Origin: Squalus acanthias
Lineage: Eukaryota
Direction: 5' to 3'
Length of the DNA stretch: 64,000 nucleotides
NCBI GenBank assembly: GCA_030390025.1
Contig: CM059432.1
Span: 132,248,001 to 132,312,000, forward strand
The notes below the pieces were generated by a model. That model had not been told where the DNA came from and did not search any database. It worked only from the letters and a program-made list of their open reading frames with translations. Positions 61,620 through 64,000 of the stretch are shown piece after piece. Positions within the stretch are counted from its first letter, which is position 1; every line of letters begins with the position of its first letter. The position numbers were made by a program, and so were the translations under genes.

Positions 61620-61793
61620 TTAGAACGTCGCGAACTTTGCCAAGTCCTTCTCCATTACTGCATACTGTTCCTTCAGCCACTCCGCCGCTTTCGCATGTTC
61701 TTCCTCCACCTCTGCACCTTTGCGGCGCTGCTCGCTCACAAAGGCCTCCCATTCAGCCTTGCGCCTCTCTCTGCTGGCTTGTAGCCGGTCATT
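61620..61793 (-). CDS. BLOC1S5: BLOC-1 subunit 5 (Muted), terminal coding exon
   Basis: NDRLQASRERRKAEWEAFVSEQRRKGAEVEEEHAKAAEWLKEQYAVMEKDLAKFATF* matches the recalled vertebrate C-terminus (AEVDEEH...LKEQYAEMEKDLAKFSTF); acceptor ttttcctttttgttgcctaaag. Confidence 0.92.
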   Translation of the reverse strand, partial: NDRLQASRERRKAEWEAFVSEQRRKGAEVEEEHAKAAEWLKEQYAVMEKDLAKFATF

Positions 61794-62271
61794 CTTTAGG
61801 CAACAAAAAGGAAAAGTATATTCAGGCAGGTGTAAACAGGTCTCGACATTTCTGAAATGTAGGCCAGCAGCTTGTGAACCAATACTCTTTTTGGCATCCG
61901 TGTACAAGAAACAATCCACCCTTTAACATTGGGCCTCGGCCTGTTCAAATATGTAAAACGTACAACACCATTCACCACTGTAGCAACCATAACTGTCTCC
62001 ATATAACAACTGGGTTAGAAGGACAATCTTCAGCAAACCTTCCCCCTCTACCCACCCCCAGAGGGCAGAGCCCAGTGTCATCACACTATGACAGAAGTGC
62101 AAAATTACTTTTACCACCAATTTGTGTTTTGTTTTGCAAAAAAAAAGATAATTCAGCTGGAAAAGTGACCTCAGGAGCCCAAATCCTATTGTGCAGCTCA
62201 AAAAGTCAACATGACTTTAGCTCAAGAAAGTTACTGAATTTCAATGAGGAAACCAGACAAATTAATACAAC

Positions 62272-62362
62272 GGGGGTCAATTTCCCTGTGGCTTCTCCTG
62301 GTCCACCGCTGTAACTTTGGGGGAATCCCTGAAGTTAGTGTCGGAGTGTAAAATTCACCCCC
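62272..62362. mobile_element. 91-bp mini-MITE in the BLOC1S5 intron
   Basis: TIR gggggtcaattt / aaattcaccccc (1 mismatch). Confidence 0.6.
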
Positions 62363-62804
62363 TAGATTACATTTTTTTTTTTAAAAAGCAGCAAGTATGC
62401 CATTTTAACACTTCAAAGCAATTCATTGGTTGTGAAGCACTCTGGGACAGTCGGAAGATGTGAACGGCGCGCTGTATACGCACGTTTTTTCCTTCTCTCT
62501 ACTTTCTGTCAATTAGGAAACACAACCGTTATGACCAACATTGCTCCAAAAGGTTAAAATAAGTGCAACTTAAATCGACAATTATTAAAGTAAAATAGTC
62601 GAGAATGTCACTAGAATGAGGTGAATTGTTGTTACTACTTTTCACAAGAAGCCCTTTACTGATCAACTGAAACAAAATACTCTCTAATTCAGCATTCTTT
62701 CTTCCCATGTTTGCCTTCTCTATTTCTCTCCGCGCTTCTCCTTTTTCAGAGCTTCTTCCCTTTAGCGCTCTACTTTACATCCTTCTACAGCTGCAGTTAG
62801 CTCA

Positions 62805-64000
62805 GAGATATTCAAGGCAAAAGGAGATGGTAATGGGACAGGTTAAGAAACAAAGGATGGCTCTAGATGAAGTGTGAATTGCGCTGGCAGAATGAAAGAC
62901 AGCTGCCATGTGGGAGAGAGAAAAAGAAAACACAGACAAAAAAAAGTGTGGAAAAAAAGATAGGGGCCGAGGTTATGATCTGAAATTGTTGAACTCGATG
63001 TTGAGTCCAGAAGGCTGTAAAGTGCCTAATCGAAAGATGAGGTGCTGTTCCTTGAGCTTACGTTGAGCTTCAGTGGAACAGTGTAAGAGGCCGAGGACGG
63101 TGAGGTCAGAGTGGGAGTGGAGCGGAGAATTAAAGTGACAGGCGACCGGAAGCTCGGGGTCCCCCTTACGGACTGAACGGAGATGTTCCGCAAAGCAGTC
63201 ACCCAATCTGCGTTTTGTCTCCCCAATGTAGAGGAGACCACATCGTGAGCAGCGAATACAGTATACTAAATTGCAAGAAGTACAAGTAAATCGCTGTTTC
63301 ACCTGGAAGGGGTGTTTGGGGCCCTGGACAGTGGGAAGGGGGGAGGTATAAGGGCATGTGTTGCATCTCCTGCGCTTGCACGGGAAGGTGCCGGGCGAAG
63401 GGGAAGGGGTGTTGGGGGCGATAGAGGAGTGGACCAGGGTGTCGTGGAGGGAGCGGTCCCTTCGGAATGCTGAAAGGGGAGGTGAGGGGAAGATGTGTTT
63501 GGTGGTGGGATCACGCTGGAGGTGGTGGAGGATGATCCGTTGAATGTGGAGGCTGGTGGGGTGAAAGGTGAGGACAAGGGGAACCCTATCGTGGTTCCGG
63601 GAGGGAGGGGCAGGAGTGAGGGCAGAAGTACGGGAGATAGAATGGACACGGTCAAGGGCCATGTCAACCACAGTAGAGGGGAATCCTCGGTCGAGGAAAA
63701 AGGAAGACATGTCGGAAGCACTAGTATGGAAGGTGGCATCATCAGAGCAGATGCGGCGGAGATGGAGAAACTGGGAGAGTGGAATAGAGTCCTTACAAGA
63801 AGCGGGATGGGAGGAAGTGTAGTCCAGGTAGCTGTGGGAGTCAGTGGGCTTGTAGTGAATGTTTGTCAATAACCTATCCCCAGAGATGGAGACGGAGAAG
63901 TCGAGGAAGGGAAGGGTCGGAGATGGGCCATGTGAAGGTGAGGAAGAGTGGAAATTGGAAGCAAAGTGAATGAAATTTTCTAGTTCAGGGCGAGAGCAGG
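62805..64000 (-). mobile_element. Penelope-like retroelement (RT C-terminus plus GIY-YIG endonuclease), intronic
   Basis: YKPTDSHSYLDYTSSHP...NLVYCIRCSRCGLLYIGETKRRL...EQHLIFRLGTLQPSGLN; ORF at 62973-63869. Confidence 0.93.

Noticed and set aside
61794..61919. N-terminal part of the 99-aa ORF as BLOC1S5 coding sequence
   Set aside because: Lies upstream of a clear splice acceptor, so it is intronic

Overview
Repeat-dense vertebrate DNA, almost certainly from a cartilaginous fish (shark-type CR1, L2, DeuSINE, Penelope and Harbinger families). This is not prokaryotic, so most of the ORF track is noise. The only host gene I recognise is the last coding exon of BLOC1S5 (Muted; minus strand, 61620-61793), followed by a roughly 1.7 kb repeat-free stretch that is probably its 3' UTR. 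The rest looks intergenic. The most notable element is a very young full-length Ty3/Gypsy (Mag-like) LTR retrotransposon (22725-27165). It has identical 194-bp LTRs, a 5-bp TSD and a single gag-pol frame broken by in-frame stops. Its RT motif is YLDN rather than YxDD. It has no tRNA primer-binding site; instead an exact 11-nt complement of its own LTR sits at that position, suggesting self-priming or poly(A) signal occlusion. Two Penelope-like families carry minimal hammerhead ribozymes with covarying stems. These occur in a 137-bp TSD-flanked unit and in fold-back palindromes centred on micro-hairpins. Also present: an RTE insertion with a 111-bp target-site duplication, two back-to-back decayed Harbinger transposons, several MITEs, and minisatellites. 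All family assignments come from motif recognition, not database searches.
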